Positions 9,890 to 19,500 of a stretch of 41,721 bases of DNA are shown here, piece by piece. The notes under the pieces are model-generated. The model worked only from the letters and a program-made list of their open reading frames with translations, searched no databases and was not told the origin of the DNA. The DNA is from a virus (lineage: Duplodnaviria > Caudoviricetes). Both the position numbers and the translations under genes were made by a program. Numbering within the stretch: position 1 is the stretch's first letter; every line of letters begins with the position of its first letter. Location of the stretch: positions 1 to 41,721 of the IMG/VR virus record IMGVR_UViG_3300037692_000203, one strand, 5' to 3'.

Positions 9890-10359
9890 TGTTGATGACA
9901 CTACTTTCCCTGTTGGGTGGCGGCGTGATGCGCGCACTGCCCGAGCTGATCGGCCTGTGGAACAAGAAGACCGACAACGCCCACGAGCTGGCCATGATGG
10001 ACAAGCAGCTGCAACTTGAGCAGGCGCAAGCCGCCAGCCGCAAGGACGAGATCATGACGCAAGGCGGCATCGATCAGGCGCTGGCGCTGCTGGATGCGCA
10101 GAAGACCGCGCTGCAGGGGCAGATGCAGAAAATCGGCATCTGGCAGGTGGATGCGCTCAACTTCCTGGTGCGGCCGCTGACGACCTACTTCTTCCTGGGT
10201 ATGTATGGTCTGGTCAAGCTGGCCATGCTGATCGTCGCCATGCGCGCGGCCGACCAGTGGGCGGCGATCATCCAGTGCTGGTCGCCGGAAGACGGCGCGA
10301 TCCTTTCCGGCATCCTTGCTTTCTGGTTCGTCGGCCGCGTGTTCGACAAGAAGCAATGA
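9886..10359 (+). CDS. Membrane protein, holin-like (3TM type)
   Basis: Hydrophobic segments, VRPLTTY and FWFVGR motifs; directly upstream of lysozyme. Confidence 0.6.
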   Translation: MMLMTLLSLLGGGVMRALPELIGLWNKKTDNAHELAMMDKQLQLEQAQAASRKDEIMTQGGIDQALALLDAQKTALQGQMQKIGIWQVDALNFLVRPLTTYFFLGMYGLVKLAMLIVAMRAADQWAAIIQCWSPEDGAILSGILAFWFVGRVFDKKQ

Positions 10360-10814
10360 TCAACGCCCTCAACGCTCTGGTGTCGTCTATCAAGCTCATC
10401 CAGGGCTTTGAGGGATGCCGTCTTGCGGCATACAAATGCCCGGCGGGGGTATGGACCATCGGCTGGGGCGAGACGCTGGGCGTGAAGGATGGCGACGTGT
10501 GGACGCAGGATCAGGCCGACGCCCGGCTGCGTGAGCGGGTTGGACAGTTCATGCTTTCCACGCTGGCGAAATGCCCGCCGCTGTATTTCGAGCCAGAGCA
10601 TAGGGTGGTCGCCTGCACATCACTGGCCTACAACATCGGCGTGGGTGCATTCGGCGCATCCAGCGTGTGCCGCAAGACGAAGCGCAGGGACTTTAGCGGC
10701 GCAGCGGATTCGTTCCTGCTGTGGAACAAGGCAGGCGGCCGCGTGTTGCGCGGGCTGACACTGAGACGGCAGGTAGAACGCCTGCGTTATCTGGACACAC
10801 GGAGGGCAGGTTGA
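10356..10814 (+). CDS. Endolysin, GH24 lysozyme
   Basis: FEGCRLAAYKCPAGVWTIGWG (E-x8-C-x5-T), YNIG, WNKAGG..L.GL..RR. Confidence 0.92.
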   Translation: MINALNALVSSIKLIQGFEGCRLAAYKCPAGVWTIGWGETLGVKDGDVWTQDQADARLRERVGQFMLSTLAKCPPLYFEPEHRVVACTSLAYNIGVGAFGASSVCRKTKRRDFSGAADSFLLWNKAGGRVLRGLTLRRQVERLRYLDTRRAG

Positions 10815-11155
10815 TGCCTGAACGCCTCCTGGAATACATGAGTCGCGCCAGCAACGAGCCTTGGCTGGTCAGCATGTTGGCGTTCTTCGGCGCTTCGTTC
10901 GCCGGGCTGGCCACGCAGTTGCGCATCGGCAAGGTGCTCACCTGGCGCGCGGTCGCTGCGGCCATGCTCAACAGCGGATTCATCGGCGCCATCATCGCCC
11001 TTGTCGGCTATCAGAACTTTGCCGACAACCTGCCTTACCTGCTCGGCATGTCTCTGCTGGCGGGCATCGGCGGGGCATCCGTGCTGGACTTCTTCCTGTT
11101 GCTCATCAAGCAGCGCATGGGCATCACCATCCAGATCGAGCGGAGGAAAGAGTGA
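10814..11155 (+). CDS. Holin
   Basis: 113 aa, about three hydrophobic helices, basic C-terminus, follows lysozyme. Confidence 0.7.
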   Translation: MPERLLEYMSRASNEPWLVSMLAFFGASFAGLATQLRIGKVLTWRAVAAAMLNSGFIGAIIALVGYQNFADNLPYLLGMSLLAGIGGASVLDFFLLLIKQRMGITIQIERRKE

Positions 11156-11631
11156 GCGATTTCTCCATCCACATCGATCTGGGCAAGGCGCGCGAGGCCA
11201 CTGGCAACCTGCGTGCCGCGATCGTGCGGAATGTCGAGTCGAAGCTGTGGCGCGGGGCGGAGGAGGTGGCGCGGTTGGCCAAGGGGAACGCCCCCAAGGC
11301 CTTCAGCAATCTGACCAACTCTATCCGCGCCGAGCGCGTGGGCGAGATGCATTACCTGGTGAGCGAGGGCATGAACTACGGCCGCGCGGTGGAAGAAGGT
11401 GGGCGTCCGCATCATGTGAACTCGGCCAAGCTCATCCCCTGGGTGGAGCGGGTGTTGGGCGCGCGCGGCAAGGATGCGCGCAACAAGGCGTTCCTGATCG
11501 CCCGCGCCATCGCCGTGCGCGGCACCCGTGCGCAGAAGTACATGCAGCCCGCCGCCGATTCAAAACGTGACCGCGTGCGCGAGCTGGTGATGCTGGGCGT
11601 GAACGACGGCATCCGGGAGGCGATGGCATGA
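11152..11631 (+). CDS. HK97 gp10-like neck / tail completion protein
   Basis: AKGNAPK...LTNSI, YGRAVEEG, RGTRAQKYMQPA motifs; GTG start. Confidence 0.7.
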   Translation: MSDFSIHIDLGKAREATGNLRAAIVRNVESKLWRGAEEVARLAKGNAPKAFSNLTNSIRAERVGEMHYLVSEGMNYGRAVEEGGRPHHVNSAKLIPWVERVLGARGKDARNKAFLIARAIAVRGTRAQKYMQPAADSKRDRVRELVMLGVNDGIREAMA

Positions 11632-12050
11632 CCGACCTGATCGACCGCATGGAGCTGATCAAGACGACGCTGGCCGCGAAATATCCGGATCGCATCGTCA
11701 CCCGCGACCTGTTGCCATTCGACCGGCGCAAGTCCGCCGATCTGGTGAAAGGCATCTACACCATTCTCGGCGACGGCGAGGGCGACTATGCCAACTACAA
11801 CGGCCGCGAAGGTATGGATGGCAGACAACCCATCAAGATCGTCGGGCAGTTCGTGCTGGCGGAATCCGTCGTGAAAGAGACACCTTCCGCCATTGAGAAC
11901 GCGGAGTACGTGATGGTGGAAGAGATCAAGGTCTTCCTGCAAACGCGCCCGGCACTGCTGGCACAGCTTTTCATGAAGCGCTTCTGGCAGAGCCGCCAAG
12001 AGGATGCGCCGTATGGTTGGGTCGCCATCGACCTCGAATTCTTGCAATAA
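11628..12050 (+). CDS. Putative tail terminator
   Basis: 140 aa between neck and tail tube genes. Confidence 0.5.
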   Translation: MTDLIDRMELIKTTLAAKYPDRIVTRDLLPFDRRKSADLVKGIYTILGDGEGDYANYNGREGMDGRQPIKIVGQFVLAESVVKETPSAIENAEYVMVEEIKVFLQTRPALLAQLFMKRFWQSRQEDAPYGWVAIDLEFLQ

Positions 12051-12059
12051 GGAAACACC

Positions 12060-12251
12060 ATGGCCAAAGCAAAACCCACCACACCACCCACCGACGATAT
12101 CCGTGTGGCCTACCACGAAGGTCCCTGCGATATCGGCTTCTGCGGCAAGCGCTGGAAGCGCGGCGAGGCGCAGCCCATCACGCAGGCCGAATGGCAAGCC
12201 ATGCAGCTGCGCGCCGATTTCAAACACTACCAATTCACTGAGGAGAACTGA
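12060..12251 (+). CDS. Small hypothetical protein
   Basis: SD AAGGA; typical small gene before the tube gene. Confidence 0.6.
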   Translation: MAKAKPTTPPTDDIRVAYHEGPCDIGFCGKRWKRGEAQPITQAEWQAMQLRADFKHYQFTEEN

Positions 12252-12253
12252 TC

Positions 12254-13207
12254 ATGGCCCAAGCCAAACCCACCCTTGCGCAACTCATCATGCAATTCCA
12301 GACCGGCGGCCTGCGCGTTGCGCCGGACCCGGTCGGTGCCCATGTGCTGCCGTTCCACAAGCTGGATCTCGGACGCGATCCGCGCCGCCAGCAAGACGAC
12401 AGCATGAACCAGTCGCCGCTGGACAACGCCTCGCACGCGGGCAGTCCTGTGGTGCCCGCCAGCACGATGGAATCCATCCTCGATCTGCGCACCGTTGGTT
12501 TCCTGCTCAAGCTGCTGCTGGGCCAGCCGGTCACCACCGGCACCACGCTCAAGTCGCACACCTACCCGGTCGATCTGACGGCGCGGCCGTATGCCTTGTT
12601 TGAGCGCCAGCACAGCGACATCAGCAAGTATTTCCGCTGGCTCGGCGTGCACGGCAACAAGCTCTCCTGGGACATCAAGAACAACGATCAGTTGATCGCC
12701 TTCGAGGTGATGGCCGCGCAGGAGGTCGATCCCATCCCCACCAGCGCCTTCGACGCCGCGCCCACCAGCGTCTCCAGCTTCCGTGCCAATTCCGGCAGCG
12801 GCGTGATCTCTGACGGCGCAGGCACCACGCTCGGCACGGTGGTCGGCGGCAACATCGAGATCGGCAACAACATCCAGCCGCAGGAAGCGGCCGACGGCAC
12901 CGACGGCTATTCGCTGTTCGACCCGACCAAAGTCAGCTTCAGCGGCAAGATCAAGTGCGTGTTCGACGGCGCAGGCGCATACAACCTGGCACGCACCGGC
13001 ACCCAGACCCGCCTCAAGATGGTCACCGCCGCCACCATCGGCGCGAACACCTTCGACCTGATCGTGGACATGCCTTATGTCGAGCTGATGGAAAAGGCCG
13101 TGCCGGTCAGCGGCAAGAGCGGTCTGCTGGTCGATCTGGATTGGAAGGCCGTGGACGGCGCCACCCTGCCCACGGTGGTGCTGCGCAACGACGTAACCTC
13201 CTACTAA
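12254..13207 (+). CDS. Major tail tube protein
   Basis: 317 aa, SD GAGGAG, followed by a terminator and chaperone genes. Confidence 0.75.
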   Translation: MAQAKPTLAQLIMQFQTGGLRVAPDPVGAHVLPFHKLDLGRDPRRQQDDSMNQSPLDNASHAGSPVVPASTMESILDLRTVGFLLKLLLGQPVTTGTTLKSHTYPVDLTARPYALFERQHSDISKYFRWLGVHGNKLSWDIKNNDQLIAFEVMAAQEVDPIPTSAFDAAPTSVSSFRANSGSGVISDGAGTTLGTVVGGNIEIGNNIQPQEAADGTDGYSLFDPTKVSFSGKIKCVFDGAGAYNLARTGTQTRLKMVTAATIGANTFDLIVDMPYVELMEKAVPVSGKSGLLVDLDWKAVDGATLPTVVLRNDVTSY

Positions 13208-13218
13208 GCTCCTCCCTC

Positions 13219-13245
13219 GCCCCGTCGCCTCGGCGGGGCTTTTTT
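13219..13245 (+). terminator. Intrinsic terminator after tail tube gene
   Basis: GCCCCGTCG-cct-CGGCGGGGC followed by T6. Confidence 0.85.
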
Positions 13246-13265
13246 ATTCGCAGAAAGGAAACACC

Positions 13266-13628
13266 ATGGCCATCAAACTACTGATCAACCCCGCCGCCGA
13301 AGCGCGTGCATGCATCCACCCCGAGACAGGGGTGGAGTTCATGATCCGCCCGATCTCACCGGAAAAATATGCAGCGGTCCGCAAGGCATCGCTGGACCGG
13401 CACGGCGATCTGGACATGCCGAAGTTTGGGGAGAACATGGCCGATGCCGCCATCGCCAACTGGGACGACCAGATCGGCGACACCAATGGCCCGATGGAAT
13501 GCAACGAGAAGAACAAGCGCCTCTTCGGCCGCAATCACGCGCTCAACATCATGCCGTGGATCACCGACCAGGCCACCAGCCTGGACCAATACCGCCTCGA
13601 CGAGGAACAAGCCGCAAAAAACGCCTGA
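13266..13628 (+). CDS. Tail assembly chaperone (lambda gpG analogue)
   Basis: Between tube and tape measure genes; slippery A AAA AAC at 13616-13622. Confidence 0.75.
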   Translation: MAIKLLINPAAEARACIHPETGVEFMIRPISPEKYAAVRKASLDRHGDLDMPKFGENMADAAIANWDDQIGDTNGPMECNEKNKRLFGRNHALNIMPWITDQATSLDQYRLDEEQAAKNA

Positions 13629-13924
13629 CCGCCCGGGCGCGCTGGTCGCGCGAGATCGGGTGGGACTACATCAAAGCAATCGAAGACGCAGGCCGCGAGG
13701 TCGACCCGGCAGACCTGCCGCCGGATCTGGCGTGGGAAGCGCCGGTGTGGGATCTCTACCAGCGCCTGCGCACGCAGTGGCGCATCAATCCCGCAACTGG
13801 CCACGCTATTGGATTGGACTACAACCCCTTCATCGCACTAATGCAGGCAGCGGGAATGGACCTCGACCAAGGGCTGGAGATGTTGCAGGTGGTGGAGATG
13901 GAGATGTTGCGGAAGGTTGATTGA
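13616..13924 (+). CDS. -1 frameshift extension of tail chaperone (gpGT analogue)
   Basis: -1 frame open from the slippery site to 13924; TQWRI...GLDY motif resembles DUF1799-type proteins. Confidence 0.7.
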   Translation, partial: KKRLTARARWSREIGWDYIKAIEDAGREVDPADLPPDLAWEAPVWDLYQRLRTQWRINPATGHAIGLDYNPFIALMQAAGMDLDQGLEMLQVVEMEMLRKVD

Positions 13925-13961
13925 AAAGCGGTGTTGGGCGGGTTTTTATATCGCCCACATC

Positions 13962-13988
13962 GCCATTCTTGCCCCTGTTTTTGACTTG
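13962..13988 (+). promoter_or_regulatory. Putative late promoter/activator motif, copy 3
   Basis: GCCA-TTCTTGCC-CCTGTTTTTGACTTG upstream of the tape measure gene. Confidence 0.7.
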
Positions 13989-14010
13989 CCACCGCCTGTA
14001 GTTTGCAGGC

Positions 14011-15639
14011 ATGAGTGCGAATTCCAACGTCAAGGTCGATATCACTGCCAGCGCTGCTGGCATGCAGCCTGCTGTCTCGCAGGCTGAGCAGAACTTCTCC
14101 AAGTTGGAGGCATCTGCCAATAAGGTCGGTAAGCAACTCAAGAACACCAATCAGTCGTTCGACAAGGCCACGCTGTCTGCTGGCCAGTTGCGCATGGCCA
14201 CGCAGCAGCTGCCGCTGCAGTTTCAGGACATCTGGGTTTCGCTCGCCGCCGGGCAAAGCCCGATGATGGTGATGATGCAGCAGGGTACGCAGATCACCGG
14301 CTCGTTCGGTGGGGTGAGTAACGCAGCCAAGGCGATGGGCACTTACCTCATGGGTTTGGTCAATCCGTTCACAGTCGCCGCTGCCGCTGCCGCTGCCGGT
14401 GCGTATGCCTGGTACAACTGGGGGGAGTCGGCCAGGGTGGCGGCGGACAAGGCTCGGGAGGCGGCAAAGTCTGCTGAGAAGGATGCGGCGGCGGCATGGG
14501 GCGGCACGCAGAAGACACCTGAAGAGCAGATGGCAGAAGTGCAGGCGAAGATGTCCGGCGCTCAAGGTCAGCTCGATGCGGCGCTGATCCGCCGTAATGC
14601 AATTACCAGCTCCACGTCCCAAGCGATGGCGATGGCGATCGGCGCTGAGGTGTTGGCGCGCCGCAAGGAGCTCGATGGGTATCAGCGCCAACTCGATCAA
14701 TTGAAGGCTTCCGCATCCAAGCAGTCGCTGGCACCGGTCCTTGCTATCGAGAACGACCTGTTCAAAAAGCAGATGGATCTGCTGGGCGTGTCGAGCGCGC
14801 AGGTTGAGGTCTATGAGCTGGCGATGCGTGGCGCGACGAAGGCGGAGATCAACCGTGCGCAGGCTGCGGCGGATTCGATCGCACAGACGGAAGCGCAGAT
14901 CGATGCGGAGAAGAAGCGCCAGAAGGCCATCGAAGACACCAACAAGATCCTGTCCGACATCGAACCGTTGTTCAAAGCGAATCAAGAATGGGCGAAGCTG
15001 TTAGCGCTCAAAGAGCAGAACCTGCTCACCGATGTGCAGATGGGGCAGGCTTACGAGAAGGCGATGGGGAAGGAAAAGGCCACGGAGTCCAGTTCGGTCT
15101 GGAAGACCTTTGCAAAGGACACGCAGCGCACCCTGTCTGACTCGATCTATCAGGGCATGACCGGAGAATTCGGCAACATCGAGCAGCAGTTCAAGCAGCT
15201 GCTGTTCCGCATGGCGGCTAACGCGATCGCGGCGGATATCGCGGGCGCGATGTTCGGGCAGGAGAGTAATGTGGTGTCGGGGTTGTTTGGTGGGTTTTCA
15301 TCTGCTGCGCCCAGTTTCGACGGCGGCGGACACACCGGATCCGGACCGCGCTCGGGTGGCATAGATGGCAAAGGGGGATTCTTGTCGATCTTGCACCCGC
15401 AAGAGGAGGTGTTTGACCATACGCGCGGGCAGTCTTCCGGCGGCTTGCTCAGCGTGGTGGTGCACAACTACAGCGGCGCGCCGGCCACCGCCCGCGAGAC
15501 GGTAGACAGCCGTGGCCAGCGCAGGCTGGAGGTGGTGGTGGGCGAGATGGTCGGGGCGGAGATGGGTCGGCCGGGATCCGCTGTGCATAGATCGATGCGC
15601 AGCAACTTCAATTCGCAGCCCGCGATGGTGAGCAGATAA
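14011..15639 (+). CDS. Tail tape measure protein
   Basis: QLPLQFQDIWVSLAAGQSP...QQG lambda-type motif; Ala-rich helical; FDGGGHTG C-terminal motif. Confidence 0.88.
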   Translation: MSANSNVKVDITASAAGMQPAVSQAEQNFSKLEASANKVGKQLKNTNQSFDKATLSAGQLRMATQQLPLQFQDIWVSLAAGQSPMMVMMQQGTQITGSFGGVSNAAKAMGTYLMGLVNPFTVAAAAAAAGAYAWYNWGESARVAADKAREAAKSAEKDAAAAWGGTQKTPEEQMAEVQAKMSGAQGQLDAALIRRNAITSSTSQAMAMAIGAEVLARRKELDGYQRQLDQLKASASKQSLAPVLAIENDLFKKQMDLLGVSSAQVEVYELAMRGATKAEINRAQAAADSIAQTEAQIDAEKKRQKAIEDTNKILSDIEPLFKANQEWAKLLALKEQNLLTDVQMGQAYEKAMGKEKATESSSVWKTFAKDTQRTLSDSIYQGMTGEFGNIEQQFKQLLFRMAANAIAADIAGAMFGQESNVVSGLFGGFSSAAPSFDGGGHTGSGPRSGGIDGKGGFLSILHPQEEVFDHTRGQSSGGLLSVVVHNYSGAPATARETVDSRGQRRLEVVVGEMVGAEMGRPGSAVHRSMRSNFNSQPAMVSR

Positions 15640-16004
15640 TGGCCAGCTCGATCAACTGGCCGCCCAGCCTGCCGCAATATCCATTGCGTAGTCGATACGT
15701 TGAGAAGCATGGTGTGCTGGTGTCTTCCACGCCAATGGACGCGGGTCCTGCGAAGCTTCGTCGCCGAGGCAGTAAGCCCGTGATCCTGACGCTTGAATAT
15801 CTGATGAAATCCGATCAGTTGGATACGCTGGATACATTCGTCAAGCAGACGTTGATGGGGGTGAAAAGATTTAATCTTCCCTATCCGAGGACGCTTGAAT
15901 CAGTTGAAGTCAGGATCGTTCCCTCTGGTGATGGTGAGTTCTTCTCTGCCACGACGACCGGGCCGAATTGGTTCGTCGCGCTCTCCGTCGAGATCCTCCC
16001 ATGA
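15639..16004 (+). CDS. Distal tail / minor tail protein
   Basis: WPPSLP...MDAGPAKLRRR pattern after the tape measure gene. Confidence 0.65.
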   Translation: MASSINWPPSLPQYPLRSRYVEKHGVLVSSTPMDAGPAKLRRRGSKPVILTLEYLMKSDQLDTLDTFVKQTLMGVKRFNLPYPRTLESVEVRIVPSGDGEFFSATTTGPNWFVALSVEILP

Positions 16005-16513
16005 GCCGCACCTTCTCCGCTGCCGCCATCGAGCAGTTCTTTTCGCCGGATTCCGACGATCCGCTGCTGCTGTTGGTCACGATCGTGAGCGGCGGCACCA
16101 CGGCGCGCTTCGCCAACGGCTATACGCAGCGCCTGACCGCGCTGGAGCTGGACGAGAGCATGACGGTGTATGGCGTGGTGTCCAACGGCGAGAGCTACAT
16201 CTTTATGCCGATGGAGCTCACGCTGCCTTCGTCTGAAGAGGGGGCGGCCCCCCGCGCGCAGCTCACGCTGCACGACGCGACACGCGAGGCGATGCCATTG
16301 GTGCGCGCGGTCACCGGCGCGGCCGAGGTTACGCTGCAAGCCGTGCTGGCCACCGCGCCGGACGTGGTCGAGATGAGTTTCAGCGGCCTACAGCTGACCG
16401 GCATCCATTACAACCGCGACGCCATCACCGGCACGCTCAGTGCAGACAACCTGGCACAGGAGCCTTTCCCCGCGCATGCCTTCGTGCCGTCCACTTTTCC
16501 GGGGCTGTTCTGA
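16001..16513 (+). CDS. Minor tail protein (DUF1833-like)
   Basis: C-terminal EPFP...PSTFPGLF motif; position. Confidence 0.65.
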   Translation: MSRTFSAAAIEQFFSPDSDDPLLLLVTIVSGGTTARFANGYTQRLTALELDESMTVYGVVSNGESYIFMPMELTLPSSEEGAAPRAQLTLHDATREAMPLVRAVTGAAEVTLQAVLATAPDVVEMSFSGLQLTGIHYNRDAITGTLSADNLAQEPFPAHAFVPSTFPGLF

Positions 16514-19500
16514 TGTCGCCCTGGACGAACGATTACATCGGCATCCCCTACCTGAGTGGCGGGCGCGATCGCGCCGGCAGCGATTGTTGGGGGCTGGTGC
16601 GTCTGGTCTACCGCGAGCAGTACGGCATCGATCTGCCCAGCTATGGCGAGATCGACTATGACGCGGCCAACATCGCGCAGACCGCCGGGCTGATCGCCGA
16701 CCATCGCGACCAATGGCAGGACGTGCAGGACCCGTGCGCGGGCGACGTGGTGCTGCTGCGCATCGAGGGCTATCCGGCGCATGTCGGCGTGATGATCGAT
16801 GCCACGCGCATGCTGCATGTGCATCGTGACGGACTCACCAGCTGCATCGAGCGGCTGGACGGTGGCAGCTGGCGGCACCGCATCGAGGGCTATTACCGCC
16901 ATGCCGAGCGGCTGGGCGGTGTGGTGCTCAGCGGCTGCCCGCATCCGCTGAAGACGGTGAGCCTTGTCGGCACGCTGCCGGCCGGTGCCACGCTGCGCGA
17001 CATGATCCTGACCGAATGCCGCCGCGCGAATGTGCCGGATGTGCTGATCGAGGCACAGGGCCATGCCTGGATCGATGGCGAATACATCCCCAGCGCAGAC
17101 TGGTCGACGCGCATCCCGGCCGCCGGCCAGCGCGTGGAATACCGGCTGCTGCCAGCCGGCGGCAATAACCGCGCACTGCTGACCATGATCGTGATGGTGG
17201 CCGTGGCGGTGGCTGCGCCTTATGCGGCCGGCTACATCAACATCATGGCCGGTGGTGCATTCGGTGCCGCCGGCAGCGCCGGTGCGATGGCCCTCGGTGC
17301 CACCGTCAGCATGGGCCTCACCTATGCCGGCATGGCGCTGGTCAATGCCATCGCGCCGATCCGCCCGCCGTCGGTCGATAGCAGTGTCGGCCGCAGCCGC
17401 TACCAGCTGCAGGGCGGCGCTAACCAGATCTCGCCCTACGGTGCCATCCCGGTGGTGCTGGGCCAGTTCCGCTACACGCCGCCTTCCGGCGCGATCCCCT
17501 ACACCGAATCATCCGCATCGGAGAACTACCTGCGCATGGTGTTGTGCTGGGGCTACGGGCCGCTGGATGTGAGCGATCTGCGCATCGGCGATACGCCGCT
17601 GTCCAGCTTCGAGGATATCCAGATCGCCCACCTGCGCGGTGTGGACGGCGAGAACAAGACGGCGTTCAACCGGCTCTACGGCAAGGATGTCAGCCAGGAG
17701 AGCGTGTCCGTCAAGCTGGAGACCGGCACGCCGGTGGACCGCGTCACGTCCGCCGACGTGGATGGCATCAAGCTGGTGTTCTCGTTCCCGCAGGGCTTGT
17801 GGAAAACCGCCAGCAACGGCACCAATGCCGGTGCCAACGTGGACGGGGTGGATGTCGGCGTCAGCATCCAATACCGCCTGACCGGGGCAGTCGATTGGCA
17901 AGAGGTGGCGGCCACGGTGCGCGCAGCCACGATCGGCCTGCCGCCGACCTACGACGAGCAGACGCTCAGCAAGTGGGACGGCGATCCGGATCTGGGCGAC
18001 TGGTGGTACGCCGAATACGGCTACCTCAAAGACAACGTCGGCGATGCGGTGCAGGTGCCGCTGTACCAGTGGACAGTGGTCACGCTCGACCGGCACAACA
18101 ACGTGGTGATGCGGCAGGGCTGCATCACCGACAATCCCGCTACGAACCCCTCGTCCACGCTGCTCGCCCTGATGGAAGCGCATAACTACGGGCTGCCGGT
18201 GAGCTATGAGCGCCTGCCGACCCCGCCTGCTGGCGAGGTGGAGTTGTACCAGGTGTGCGTGCAGGGCGAGACGGTGGTCGATACCGTGGATCTGCGCAGC
18301 GTCAGCATCACCGGCTGCGCGCTCACGGTGGACGGCCTCTCGCTCAGCGTTGCCGCCGGCAGCATCGTGCGCGAGGACAGCGAGACGCTGGTGGTGAGCG
18401 CAGCCACCAAGAGCGCGTTCGACCGCGTGGTATCGCTTGAGGTGCCGACCGGGCAATACGATGTGCGCGTCACCCTCGTCACCGACGACAGCGCCACCGG
18501 CACCTACCCCAGCGGCAACAGCGCGGCCGTGTACCGCGAGTGCTACTGGAGCACGCTCACCGGCATCAGCAACCAGCGCCCGATCGTGCCGCCCAAGCCG
18601 CTGGCGATGACGGCCATCCGCATCCGCGCCACCAACCAGCTCAACGGCTCGCTCGAAGGCATCACCGGCACGGTCAAATGCGTGTGCCTGGACTACAACA
18701 AGGCCACCGCCACCTGGATCACGCGCCACACGCGCAACCCGGCCAGCTTGTTCCGCCACGTCTTGCAACACGCGGGCAACGCGGTGCCGGTGGCCGATGC
18801 GGGCATCAATCTCACCCAACTGGCGCGCTGGCACAATTACTGCCGCATCAACGGTTTTGCGTTCGACCTGGTCATCACCGGCCAGCGGCCGATGCTGGAT
18901 GTGCTCAAGGATATCTGCGCGGCCGGCCGTGCCTCGCCTGATCTGGTGGACGGCAAGTGGACGGTGGTGATCGACGAGCCGAAGCCGAACATCGTGCAGC
19001 ATTTCACGCCACACAACAGCTGGGGCTTCGAGGGCACGCGCATCCTGCCCAAGCGGCCGCATGCGCTGCGCGTACAGTTTTTCAACCGCGCCAAGGGCTA
19101 CCAGGCCGACGAGCGCATGGTGTACGACGACGGCTACACCTCGGCCAACGCCACACTGATCGAGGGCATCGAGCTGCCCGGCATCACCGATGCCGACAAC
19201 GTGCACGCCTTCGGACGTTTTCATTTGGCGCAACTCGCGTTGCGGCCGGACACCTACACCCTGAACGCCGACATGGAACACCTGATCTGCACGCGCGGAG
19301 ACAAGGTGCGCGTGACGCACGACGTGCCGATGTGGGGCTTGGGGTCCGGCCGCATCCGTCAGGTGCTGACCAGCGGCGCAACGGCCACCGGCATCGTGGT
19401 GGACGAGGTGTTGCCGATGGATGCCGGCGCAGACTACAGCGTGCGCATCCGCCGCAAGACCGGCACCAGTCTGGTGTGCGCCATCGTGCCTGCCGTGGCC

